From an uncultured Candidatus Poseidoniales archaeon (GTDB taxonomy: Archaea; Thermoplasmatota; Poseidoniia; Poseidoniales; Thalassarchaeaceae), in contig CACJKA010000002.1 of NCBI GenBank assembly GCA_902593945.1, forward strand, positions 80,807 through 144,806: a DNA stretch of 64,000 bases, given 5' to 3'. Below, in pieces: positions 19,372 through 29,437 of the stretch (positions are counted from its first letter, which is position 1; every line of letters starts with the position of its first letter). Position numbers and translations under genes: made by a program. Under the pieces are notes generated by a model, which worked only from the letters and a program-made list of their open reading frames with translations, searched no databases and was not told where the DNA came from.

Positions 19372-22300
19372 TTATAATGAAAAACCACCTCTTTCTTCAT
19401 CATCATCAATTCCCGCAATTCTTTCCTGTCCTTCCGAATCAACGAATGAACCTGCCTTCACAACTGAACCATATAATCCTGATTCAGTAGATGATGTTCG
19501 ATTCAACATACTTTCTCCAAGTGAATTGCTCAAATGGTTAATAATTGATTGTAAAGCATCTATTGCTCGATCTCTTTGATCTGCTCCTATTTCATGGTCG
19601 GAATATCTAGCTTCTTCAAATATCGAGAATAATATATCTAAATCTTCAGGAGGAGTAATTCCTCCGAGCATGGTATTTACCGCGTCTTCGAATTCTCTAG
19701 TAGTCTCGTAAACCTTCTTCATGGCCCCCTTACTTCTAAAGAATCTGACTAACTGCTTGTAACAATCAAATATTGTTGCAATATAGTCATTAGATGCCTT
19801 GAGTGACATTAACGAGTCGGTTAAAATACCGCGAATAATCTCAATTCTTCTTCTTTCGTTGTAATTTCTATACATTATTGCACCAATTAACAGAACAAAT
19901 GAGAGGACTATTCCGAGTACCGTAATAACTCTAAAAGTCCAGAAGTTCGTATCTGAAGAAGCTTCTATATCTCCAAGTCTAATTGTTGGAGTACTATTCA
20001 AGAATTCTTCTTGGAAGAATGCAGATTCTTGGAAGTGGACCAATACTCGCCACTGCCCTCCTATTGCAAGTTCATTTCCTTTAGTTTCACCAGGTACTTC
20101 TTTACCACTATAGATAAAGCTGAAATTCGCTTCACCTTTTTCATTTGTGACTGAATATTCAACATTATTGGTCACATAACCTGTTCCGTTCCAATACTGG
20201 AATGTAAAAATAACTGTTTCTCCTTCTACAGAAACATCTAGCCTGTCTCTCAGAATTGAAACTTTACCAGTAACAATATCTCCTTCTTGGTATCCTTCTG
20301 CTTTAGCCCAATGGTCTTTCAATAGAATATCGACTTTACTTCTGACTAGAACTTCTATGTCTTCATATGAACCATTGACAACAGGGGTTGTTTCTGCTTT
20401 ACATCCACCAGGTAATTCCTTTGTTGGCTCATATGCAATTCTAATTGTTCTAAATCCTTCTAGTTTCTGGCCGCTTGGTTCAACCCCCTTTCTACTAGGA
20501 TTATCGTCAGGATCGCCTGAATACCATTCAATCTCTCCTGTTCCATCTTGAGTGATTGCTGTTGCAAAAGGCCTAGTATTGGTCTCAGGATCGAGATAGA
20601 TGTTGAGACATTTCCCTCCAACGGGGTTACCATTAACCTGAGTTAACATGGCATCTATATGGAAAGATTCTTTCAAATATAATACGGGGAATACTGACCC
20701 ATTCTCGAATCTGAATGTATCTATATCAGTTCGGAAGGGTCCAATTTCTTGTACCGTCATTGTTGAGTTAGAGAATACAGGGAAGAATTTAGTGATACTG
20801 GAGTTCTTGTATCTGTATTGATCTCCTGTCTCATATGAATAATAATTCACAGTAACCTTGGCTTGGCCCGCTTGGATATCGTTTAATGGGCATACTATTG
20901 AAAAGAATCCATTAGAATCCGTTACTCCTCCATTACAAGCCTTTACACCTAGTTCTGTCCCTACCATTTCATATTGGACTTGAATAGGACGATTTGATAG
21001 ATTTGTATCTAACTCGTCGACTAGTTGACCGGTCACCGTCATTGGTTTGTCAATAGGTTGTCCTGTCAATTGATCTATTTCTGAAGTATAAACAATCTGA
21101 TTATCTACAGAAAGTTGTGTGCCGCCAATCAGGCTAAATCCTTGCCCGTTATATTGGAATACCTTACGATAGTGATCGCTGTTCAGAACTTGGGCACAAG
21201 GGTCCCATGCACCAGATATGGAAAGCATTTCTTGATCTATTGGTTCACAACCTTCGTGCGGTAGATTCTCTGAGAATCTAATTATTACATTAACCGGCCC
21301 AAAACCATCAGGAAGGAAGGATTGAGGGTCATCTCTCAATAGTTGTGGATCTAGCAACATCGCATGATTAATTGTTCCAGCATTAGGGCATAATGTCTTG
21401 ATTATCTGTCGATGAACTGTTTGTTCAAAGTCAACTCCTTCAAGAATAACTAATATCTCTCCGCCGTTTTCGTCACAACCATCCAAAAGTTCACCTTTAT
21501 CTTTGATAGCAGCAGTCCTATTATCGTCAGTCACCTGAGCGGTAAATTCCCAAATATCGCCACTAGACAATCTATTTGCAGTAGTACTTTGAAGATCTAT
21601 GTAGGTTCTTGAAACAACCCATAGATCTATTCCTGAGGAGCTACCTTGACGATAAGTATCTCCAGGATAAGTGAAGCTCAAAGAGAAATTACCTAATTCG
21701 TGCATTTCATCTATAGTTAAATTGATTTTGAATACACCATTTAAGTCGGTTACTGCTACATCACTTGTGCCGTCGGCAGACCAAGTATAATTCACTGGAG
21801 CGTCTCTAACCGGTTGATATGCATTATCTATTACTCTAGCTTCAATGGTTGTATTTTGCCCTCGATAAAGTCTAGGTATGTTATTTAATTGGAAATCCGT
21901 GGTACCAATGACTGACACATTTACATAAGCACCTGTAGGGGCGAGAACTGCTGATTGATTACCTGTAAAGTAATAATTTGAGTTTGTGAAATCAGCACGG
22001 ATACCATAGACTCCTGCAGGATACTGTGAATACCAAGTCCAGTTGTAATCAAACACTGCTTCTCCGTTAATCATGTCCGGAACTCGAGCAAATCCTGTCT
22101 CTTGAGATCCTGCAAATACTCCGTTCTTATCGATATCGACCTGTAATGCCATAGCATCGTGTGGCCAAGCAGTCATTGTTCGGTTCCATACACTTCCCAA
22201 AACTCTGAATGTCTCACCAGTAAACATCTCAGGTACTATTTCACATCTAATTTCACTTTCTGGATCAAAGGGGTTGATTGGCCCGCAAGGAGGTACATTG

Positions 22301-25300
22301 AAGTCTCCACCATTTTGCATTGCGATAAACCAATGTGTTCCATTCGATGAGATGAATGAACGTAGATTTGCTGCCTCTCCAGTAAGTCCTTGTGGAGTAC
22401 CATCCCAAAGCATAGGATATTGCTTTCCGAGACTTACTTCGCTGTATTCAAGACCCGCATTAGCCAAAGAGGGGGCATGGAATAAAGCTCTCCAAGCGCC
22501 AAACGAGGCCCCGGTGAATTGGGTTGAATCATAGAAGTAAACCGGCCGAATTGAAGGGGTGATTATATCTGCTTCGACATACATTCTATGCATCGAACGT
22601 ATAGCAAAAGAATCTGTCTTATCGCCCTCTAAATATGGCCATGGCATTTCTCCACCTAAATCAGGGCGGGATTCACCAATAAACATGTAATCTCCAATTG
22701 GTAAACTTGTATTTGTGTATTCATATAATCCAACAACACTGTGAGATTTGGACGTATTATCCCACACAATTTCTTCATACGCACCAGGTACCTTTCCTTC
22801 GCCGTTATCTATAGTGGAATTCCATTGTACTTGCTTCCAAACACCTTGGCTACCACTTGTCTGAACGAATGATAGGGAAACCCAACCACCTGAATCTGCT
22901 CTGTAACCATAACCATATCCATCGAATATCGTTGGGTGAGTCAGATTGCCAAATGGACCGCCGTGTACTGTGAATGATATAGGTGCATGTGACAACTTAT
23001 TGTCGAATATTCCTCTATCCCAATCTGCTGCATAATGAACCTTATAATCAACGAATAATGGTTGTTCGTCACTTCTGAAATAAGTCCATGCAACGTAATC
23101 TATTGTTGTGTTTGCTCGCACCTCTGTAGGTACTGGTTGTGTAGAAGAACCATCATGTAAAAACATCTCAGTTACTTCAGCATAAACATGGTACGTTGTG
23201 TTAGAACCTACCGGTAGATCTTCTGGGAATAAGAATTGACCTACAACGAATCTACCATCGGCATCTGTCAATACATCCACGGTTTCAACGGCAGAAGTTC
23301 CATTCCTAGTCCAAGCAATATGAACTTGGACGGGTAAATTCTCTGCAGGTGCGAAAACTCCTTGATCTAGGTCTAGCCAACTAACAGTACCATTAAATTT
23401 AGCAGCATATAAGTTATCTAACCATAGTACATCAGGCGATGTAAGAGTAATTCTAGTTGGAATCTTATCATCTTCGTCTAGGATACCATCATTGTCACTA
23501 TCCCAGTCTGATGAGCTGCCATTTTCCTCCTCTAACTGATCCCAGTCTGAGTCGATTCGACTATCATTATCGTCATCTTCATCTATTGCATCGGGACCTG
23601 TGTTTGGATCTGATGGATTAGCAATTCCCTCGCCACCACCAAAGTCGTCATGGTCCCATGGATTAGTAGATTCACTACCATATCTAGACGGCCAGAGCAT
23701 TACTTCATCTTCATCTTTCATTCCATCTGAGTCGTCGTCTAAATCAATATCGTCCCTTAGACCATCATTGTCGTGATCCCAAGGTGAAATAAAGGGAGTT
23801 GCGGTATTAAGCTCTATCAAGTTAGTTCTACCGTCACCATCCCAATCATCATCTTTCCAATTTACAATACCGTCATTGTCATGATCCCATGTCATCTGCT
23901 CTTCACCAACAAAACAAAGCAATTCTTGATCTGCGTCTAAAACTCCGTTATTATCGTCATCAGGGTCTTCTCCATCGGGAACTCCATCATTATCATTATC
24001 TACATCATAATATTTGGGATTCAAAAGACCTTGTCCAAGAACTCCTTTATCGTGAACAGCTTGGAACCACCCATCTTCGTCGGGATCGGTGTCGGTACCG
24101 TCGTCATCATTATCTTCACAATTTGAACCAGTATAGAAATTGCCAGGAGGTATCGTCCCGGTATCATCATCAAGATCGTCGTTACTATCTATCTCAAAAT
24201 AATCCCAAATACCATCTGAATCATCATCTATATCCCAATGGTCGTAAATACCATCAAAGTCATCATCTAAATCAGCGGTATCATTGAATAAACATTGAGG
24301 CTCCATATTCCCAGTAACAGGGGCACCGCAATCGTCATCAGGATCGACGTCATTATTTAGTAAATCTGCTCTTTCATCGGGGAAGAAATTTGCATTTGAG
24401 TCAGCAGTCCACTGGAAGAACCCAAAGGATAACCCTATGTAAGCAATCCAAAGATCACGATTATCTTTCATTTGATTGTAAGTAACTGCAGCCGTAGGGC
24501 TTACTCCACTCTGTGGATCGAAGGTGAAATGGAAACAATTTTTATTGCAAGTCCATTGACCTTGTGAATTGCTTCCATTGTAAGCACCATCGCTGTAATC
24601 AGGATCTGCCCTAGTACTGTAAGGATATGTATATTCTACTTGGTTCGCCCTAGTTGGTGTAACCAAAGGAGCCCCATAATACCAAGCATAGAATATTCCA
24701 CATTCATGGTCTATTGCTTGGGGCTGCTGTGGGACATAAATCCAGAACAATGTTGCTCCACAAGTGTTGTCATCAAAGCTACCTCCCATTTTGATATCAT
24801 TAACGTCTAATACCCCATCATTACCTTCATCTTGATCCCACCAGTCTGGTAATCCGTCACCATCTTGATCGACATCAATTCCATTTATCAGAGAGTCTCC
24901 ATCAATATCTATATCAAAGTGATTATCTCCATTGTACGGGCTCCATTTTTGGATAACGTGCCAGTATAACTCAGGAATCTGTCCACTAACTGATGGGTTG
25001 GCTTCATCGAATCCATTGTAATCCAATACGAATCCGTTTTCTGAAGTGAATGGATTAAACATCCATGTTTGGTTCCAATACATTTCGTAAACTATTGCAA
25101 ATTGATATAATTGGTCATCGGAAGATCCGTCTAATAAATCGCCATCGCTGGTAGGATAGCTGTTATCAAAAGGATCGGTGGCATCTAAATCTTGAATTCC
25201 ACAGTTTCCGTCATCAGGGTCATAATAGTCAGAAATACCGTCATTGTCATCGTCCCAATCTTCATCATTTGGCAATCCATCACCATCTACATCTGTATCG

Positions 25301-27342
25301 ATATCATTTGGACCGTCGTCACGATATTTTGATCCGTTCAACAAATGCAAATCGTTGTCATCGTCAAGATCACAATTGTCATCTATATCCAACCAATCAT
25401 AAATGCCATCATTGTCGTCATCAATATCATCCCAATTATTTATTCCGTCTCCATCCCAATCATTGAATCCAGTATATGATTTACGCATCAAATAACAATT
25501 ATCATCAGGGTTAGAAGGATTCGGATTGGTAAGGCTAGGGCAGTCCCATGTATCAACAGTGCTTTGAGGAATTGTTGGGAATATATCTTCTTCATTGATT
25601 TCGCCATCATTATCTAAATCCCATGGTAAATCACTTGCATCGGTTAAAGTTCCACCAACTGTGTTATCTGGTACTGGGACGCCTCCTAAGTCGGTGTCTA
25701 ACCAATCCCATACCAAATCATAGTCTTGATCAATGACTCTGTAACGATCATCATCAAGATCTCTATCATAATCCATTTCACAGTCAATTCCAGGAATCAT
25801 TATAGCACCATTATAAAACGCTTGATTAGGTACTGGATAATCTCCTGCTGCATCTAAGTTTGTATCAGTTTGAAGGCAAGTATCTGGAATTCCATCATTG
25901 TCGTCATCAACGTCATACATGTCTGCTAGGCCATCATTGTCGTCATCTGTATCTGAAGAATCTGGAGAGCCATCGTTGTCATTGTCCGGGTCAAGGAAAT
26001 TAGGTATACCATCACCATCTAAATCTCCGTCATATATGTTAGAAAAAGCCTGTACTTTAGGATGCCATGCCTTCTCTCTTTCAACAAAATCAATTCCTCC
26101 TACATAATCTCCATAGTAATCGCTACCAGTGAACGAAGATTGTAAGACTGTAATATTACCTTGAGTTGTAGAGCTTAAAGCGAGATTTTGATATGTGATA
26201 TTTGCTGTGCTATTGAATTGGAAACTCCAGACTCCCCCGTTGGCATTTATTATTGAACTCGAAAACGCATTGCCTTGTGCTTGAACGGAATGATCTTCTA
26301 TATCCGAATTGAACCAAGTTATGATATCGCCGGTTTCAATTGTAATGTTTTCTGGGTTTAATCCTGCACCATCAATATTAACAAAATGTGTTGTTGGGCC
26401 AGAATCCCATTCTACCCAATCATTCCAAAGATTGTTCTCTGTAATGTTTGAAGTGATATCAGAGTTCCATGGATGCGCATCCCATAAGTCAGGTACAGAA
26501 TCTCCATCGTCATCTAAATCAAAATAATCTTGAATGCCGTCACTATCAAAATCACATGGCCACGTGAATTGATCTATACGACCATCATTATCATCATCTT
26601 CATCGTATGAGCCTTTACCATTACCATCGATGTCCTCGTCAGTAATGCCGTCATTATCGTGATCTAACAGATTCTGATCAATACGGTATCCTGTTCCTAC
26701 TGTAGTTTGAGTCCAAGGATGAATTGTTGTTGGAATAACATAACGGTCCTCTGTATTGTTCTTTGGATCTGCTCCCTGTGACCAGTCAATAGGGCCCTCT
26801 AGTATTCCATCATTGTCATCATCCCAGTCGAATTCGTCTTGGATACCATCATTGTCATGATCAAAAGGATCGGTGCCATAACAGCCATCAAACCTTTCAA
26901 TTAAATCGGATATCCCATCATTATCGTCATCTAAATCATTCAAATCAGAAATACCGTCATTATCGTGATCTTCGGTATCTGTTTCTTCCAACAAGAATCC
27001 ATAACTTGGATCAATTGCTAATGCCGCAGAGTCAGAAATTTTTCCATAAACGGAAAGTGGGTCATGATACATTGGATCAGTGAATGCTGGATGAGAAAAT
27101 GGATTTTCGGTTCCCGGTTGCATTTCATTATATTCTGCCATGGGTCCATCTGACACATCTATTTGCTGGAACGCTGTTCTCTTGATTACAGGGCCCCATT
27201 CAGATTCTTCCTCCGAATATGGTTCGAAATCCTGAAAGGAATACATCTGAGTACTGAATAACATTATGAAAACCATTAATCCTGCAACAATACTTTTTCT
27301 CGAGCCTTCAAGACTAATATTTTCATGTAACTTTCCTTTCAT
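19372..27342 (-). CDS. Giant secreted, membrane-anchored protein: thrombospondin type-3-like Asp-rich Ca-binding repeats, cupredoxin-like insert, Ig-like stalk, C-terminal TM helix and DUF4129-like cytoplasmic domain
   Basis: N-terminal hydrophobic segment; dozens of DxDxDG(I/V)xD repeats; beta-rich repeats with G.L.D...P motifs; TM VITVLGIVLSFVLLIGAIMY; tail YETTREF...LFSIFEEARYS. Start is ATG 27342 or GTG 27351. Confidence 0.85.
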   Translation of the reverse strand: MKGKLHENISLEGSRKSIVAGLMVFIMLFSTQMYSFQDFEPYSEEESEWGPVIKRTAFQQIDVSDGPMAEYNEMQPGTENPFSHPAFTDPMYHDPLSVYGKISDSAALAIDPSYGFLLEETDTEDHDNDGISDLNDLDDDNDGISDLIERFDGCYGTDPFDHDNDGIQDEFDWDDDNDGILEGPIDWSQGADPKNNTEDRYVIPTTIHPWTQTTVGTGYRIDQNLLDHDNDGITDEDIDGNGKGSYDEDDDNDGRIDQFTWPCDFDSDGIQDYFDLDDDGDSVPDLWDAHPWNSDITSNITENNLWNDWVEWDSGPTTHFVNIDGAGLNPENITIETGDIITWFNSDIEDHSVQAQGNAFSSSIINANGGVWSFQFNSTANITYQNLALSSTTQGNITVLQSSFTGSDYYGDYVGGIDFVEREKAWHPKVQAFSNIYDGDLDGDGIPNFLDPDNDNDGSPDSSDTDDDNDGLADMYDVDDDNDGIPDTCLQTDTNLDAAGDYPVPNQAFYNGAIMIPGIDCEMDYDRDLDDDRYRVIDQDYDLVWDWLDTDLGGVPVPDNTVGGTLTDASDLPWDLDNDGEINEEDIFPTIPQSTVDTWDCPSLTNPNPSNPDDNCYLMRKSYTGFNDWDGDGINNWDDIDDDNDGIYDWLDIDDNCDLDDDNDLHLLNGSKYRDDGPNDIDTDVDGDGLPNDEDWDDDNDGISDYYDPDDGNCGIQDLDATDPFDNSYPTSDGDLLDGSSDDQLYQFAIVYEMYWNQTWMFNPFTSENGFVLDYNGFDEANPSVSGQIPELYWHVIQKWSPYNGDNHFDIDIDGDSLINGIDVDQDGDGLPDWWDQDEGNDGVLDVNDIKMGGSFDDNTCGATLFWIYVPQQPQAIDHECGIFYAWYYGAPLVTPTRANQVEYTYPYSTRADPDYSDGAYNGSNSQGQWTCNKNCFHFTFDPQSGVSPTAAVTYNQMKDNRDLWIAYIGLSFGFFQWTADSNANFFPDERADLLNNDVDPDDDCGAPVTGNMEPQCLFNDTADLDDDFDGIYDHWDIDDDSDGIWDYFEIDSNDDLDDDTGTIPPGNFYTGSNCEDNDDDGTDTDPDEDGWFQAVHDKGVLGQGLLNPKYYDVDNDNDGVPDGEDPDDDNNGVLDADQELLCFVGEEQMTWDHDNDGIVNWKDDDWDGDGRTNLIELNTATPFISPWDHDNDGLRDDIDLDDDSDGMKDEDEVMLWPSRYGSESTNPWDHDDFGGGEGIANPSDPNTGPDAIDEDDDNDSRIDSDWDQLEEENGSSSDWDSDNDGILDEDDKIPTRITLTSPDVLWLDNLYAAKFNGTVSWLDLDQGVFAPAENLPVQVHIAWTRNGTSAVETVDVLTDADGRFVVGQFLFPEDLPVGSNTTYHVYAEVTEMFLHDGSSTQPVPTEVRANTTIDYVAWTYFRSDEQPLFVDYKVHYAADWDRGIFDNKLSHAPISFTVHGGPFGNLTHPTIFDGYGYGYRADSGGWVSLSFVQTSGSQGVWKQVQWNSTIDNGEGKVPGAYEEIVWDNTSKSHSVVGLYEYTNTSLPIGDYMFIGESRPDLGGEMPWPYLEGDKTDSFAIRSMHRMYVEADIITPSIRPVYFYDSTQFTGASFGAWRALFHAPSLANAGLEYSEVSLGKQYPMLWDGTPQGLTGEAANLRSFISSNGTHWFIAMQNGGDFNVPPCGPINPFDPESEIRCEIVPEMFTGETFRVLGSVWNRTMTAWPHDAMALQVDIDKNGVFAGSQETGFARVPDMINGEAVFDYNWTWYSQYPAGVYGIRADFTNSNYYFTGNQSAVLAPTGAYVNVSVIGTTDFQLNNIPRLYRGQNTTIEARVIDNAYQPVRDAPVNYTWSADGTSDVAVTDLNGVFKINLTIDEMHELGNFSLSFTYPGDTYRQGSSSGIDLWVVSRTYIDLQSTTANRLSSGDIWEFTAQVTDDNRTAAIKDKGELLDGCDENGGEILVILEGVDFEQTVHRQIIKTLCPNAGTINHAMLLDPQLLRDDPQSFLPDGFGPVNVIIRFSENLPHEGCEPIDQEMLSISGAWDPCAQVLNSDHYRKVFQYNGQGFSLIGGTQLSVDNQIVYTSEIDQLTGQPIDKPMTVTGQLVDELDTNLSNRPIQVQYEMVGTELGVKACNGGVTDSNGFFSIVCPLNDIQAGQAKVTVNYYSYETGDQYRYKNSSITKFFPVFSNSTMTVQEIGPFRTDIDTFRFENGSVFPVLYLKESFHIDAMLTQVNGNPVGGKCLNIYLDPETNTRPFATAITQDGTGEIEWYSGDPDDNPSRKGVEPSGQKLEGFRTIRIAYEPTKELPGGCKAETTPVVNGSYEDIEVLVRSKVDILLKDHWAKAEGYQEGDIVTGKVSILRDRLDVSVEGETVIFTFQYWNGTGYVTNNVEYSVTNEKGEANFSFIYSGKEVPGETKGNELAIGGQWRVLVHFQESAFFQEEFLNSTPTIRLGDIEASSDTNFWTFRVITVLGIVLSFVLLIGAIMYRNYNERRRIEIIRGILTDSLMSLKASNDYIATIFDCYKQLVRFFRSKGAMKKVYETTREFEDAVNTMLGGITPPEDLDILFSIFEEARYSDHEIGADQRDRAIDALQSIINHLSNSLGESMLNRTSSTESGLYGSVVKAGSFVDSEGQERIAGIDDDEERGGFSL

Positions 27343-27487
27343 CGTGACCACCGAAGTATCATTCCTAAATGTAATTCATTTATCAACGCACACCCTAAGT
27401 TGAGAGTGGATGTATCAACGAGGCGTTTTAGTATCAAAGTTCAAGGATACCTTGGATTAAAATGTATGAATAAATTCGGGAGGCTCG

Positions 27488-27856
27488 ATGGCATCATTTC
27501 GGACCGTAATGAATTCAAAAATTCATCGAGCCACTGTGACAGAGGCAGATGTAGATTATATCGGATCAATTACAATCGATAAAGAGTTGGCTGAGGCTGC
27601 AAATATTTCAGAATGGGAAAAAATAGATGTGTTGAATATAACTAATGGTTCGAGGCTAGGAACATATGTGATTTTCGGCGAAAGAGGTAGTGGCGAAATT
27701 TGCATTAATGGTGCCGCTGCACACCTTGTAAATCCTGGAGACTTGGTAATTTTAGTGACTTACAAAATAGTTGATGATGATTGGCTGACTCCGGAGAGCC
27801 ACGTGCCAACTATTATTCACGTAGATGGGCAAAATAAAATTATCAATATTGATTGA
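27488..27856 (+). CDS. panD: Aspartate 1-decarboxylase (pyruvoyl-dependent)
   Basis: SKIHRATVT...YIGSITID (Gly-Ser self-cleavage site), NGSRL.TY and INGAAAHL. Confidence 0.96.
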   Translation: MASFRTVMNSKIHRATVTEADVDYIGSITIDKELAEAANISEWEKIDVLNITNGSRLGTYVIFGERGSGEICINGAAAHLVNPGDLVILVTYKIVDDDWLTPESHVPTIIHVDGQNKIINID

Positions 27857-28291
27857 TTACGGACGATGATAAGGTAAACCTTTGATGATAGTACAGGCGC
27901 GATATAATTGTTCCAATAGAACCACTGCAGCTAACTCATGAGGAAGTGTAATCTTTCCCAATGAAAGTGATTTTAAATCGCCTTCATAGGACCCAAATCC
28001 CCCAGGGGGGCCTACGACTAGATGGACAGAACTTGAAGAGATTCGCCACTCTTTCATTTTTTCAGAATACCCCATACTATCGAGATTTTCTCCTTTTTCC
28101 TGTAAAAGAATTACCTTATCGTTACCAGCTTTTTTAATTACATCATCCAAATAAGGCCCAGGTTCTGTCTTGTTTCTATGCTCTACTATTTGTACACCGT
28201 CAGAAATTAATCTGTTAGCATAGTCAGAAATTGCTGCCCTAAATGATGAATCTTTGGCCTTACCATGTAAATGAACGAAAACACGACCCAT
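27857..28291 (-). CDS. rlmH: 23S rRNA (pseudouridine1915-N3)-methyltransferase RlmH-like (SPOUT)
   Basis: VVGPPGG, SLGKITLPHELA.VVLLEQLYRA.TI..G.PYHR. Confidence 0.88.
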   Translation of the reverse strand: MGRVFVHLHGKAKDSSFRAAISDYANRLISDGVQIVEHRNKTEPGPYLDDVIKKAGNDKVILLQEKGENLDSMGYSEKMKEWRISSSSVHLVVGPPGGFGSYEGDLKSLSLGKITLPHELAAVVLLEQLYRACTIIKGLPYHRP

Positions 28292-28368
28292 GGCCTTCGC
28301 AAGGATAAGTACCCTTTCATTATTCGCAAAGCATCAAGAAAGAGAGCCTTGACGCAGGGGCGATTGAC

Positions 28369-28689
28369 ATGGGTTGGTGGCCATTTAAAAAAAAGGAAAA
28401 GGTCATCCATGATAATCTTCATATTAAAGGTACGAAATTATGGTTACAAGACTTGAGAGAAGTTTGTGAAATGAATTTTGATAATTATACTGAAGGTCAA
28501 AGACTAATTCGGCAAATGCAAATCGAATGGACCGATTGCCACAAAAAAGGAGATGTTTCTGATGAATTATTAGCCGGTTTAGATAGAAGAAGTTTCAGAC
28601 TTTTAAGATCGGATTCTAATGAATGGTTGAAATGGCTAGATGACGAAGATTTTTGGGCACCGGGCTGGGGCGTTGATTCAACTGAGTGA
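28369..28689 (+). CDS. Hypothetical protein
   Basis: 106-aa Trp-rich ORF overlapping the start of the next gene (GTGA). Confidence 0.7.
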   Translation: MGWWPFKKKEKVIHDNLHIKGTKLWLQDLREVCEMNFDNYTEGQRLIRQMQIEWTDCHKKGDVSDELLAGLDRRSFRLLRSDSNEWLKWLDDEDFWAPGWGVDSTE

Positions 28690-29390
28690 TTATTATGTGG
28701 AGTTGGATTTTATTATTTTCAATACTGGGTGTTACTGTCTTTTGGTACAGTAGGAAACAGCCATTTCCTGAAATAAGTGGCTATTTTGCCGCTATTTTAT
28801 TATTTGTCGCATCGATTTTATGGTTGGCGACAAGCGCTCCAAGAGGTGAAGGGAATGAGTTGGCTCCTGCTTACATATCCACATTTATAGGAGGTTGTGC
28901 TGTGATATATGGTGTAATAAAAATGTCAGTAACAGACGATGATGTTATCGTTGCTCCATTTGGCGGGATTCTATTTTGTATAGGCTCGATAACTCTGCTC
29001 TCTGAAAGATGGAACGAAGCCTCGCAGGCAGAGCAGATTGGTTCATTTATATTAGCTTCAATTTTAGTGATTTTAGAAATTTATCTTGTATTTAGAGGAC
29101 TAATAATTGGCGTACAAGGCATTTCATGGTCTAAATCGGGATTAAGGCAAATTAGTCGAGGGTTGATTCATGGGAAAAACGGTGCTATTTCCCATTTTGA
29201 GAAATCTTGGGACATGGACAAACAATGGATTAATGCTATGAGTCATTCGGCATTAGCGTTGATTTATGAAAAAGAAAATAATGAGGATTCTCGGATCGAA
29301 CATACCATGGAATTAGAGAAAATTGGTGGGTGGGATGCCGTCGATAAATCTTGGATAGAAGCGATAAGAAAACATTTAGATTTGAATTAA
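28686..29390 (+). CDS. Hypothetical membrane protein
   Basis: About five hydrophobic segments followed by a soluble helical C-terminus. Confidence 0.75.
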   Translation: MIIMWSWILLFSILGVTVFWYSRKQPFPEISGYFAAILLFVASILWLATSAPRGEGNELAPAYISTFIGGCAVIYGVIKMSVTDDDVIVAPFGGILFCIGSITLLSERWNEASQAEQIGSFILASILVILEIYLVFRGLIIGVQGISWSKSGLRQISRGLIHGKNGAISHFEKSWDMDKQWINAMSHSALALIYEKENNEDSRIEHTMELEKIGGWDAVDKSWIEAIRKHLDLN

Positions 29391-29437
29391 TGTTTGAGAC
29401 GATTGTTCATATTGACAAACCCTTCCGGAGGTACAAT

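Noticed and set aside
23460..26990. Recurrent (G/A)TC-rich DNA that looks like a tandem repeat or array
   Set aside because: It is the reverse complement of Asp codons in the TSP3-like protein repeats; there is no fixed-length nucleotide repeat with spacers.
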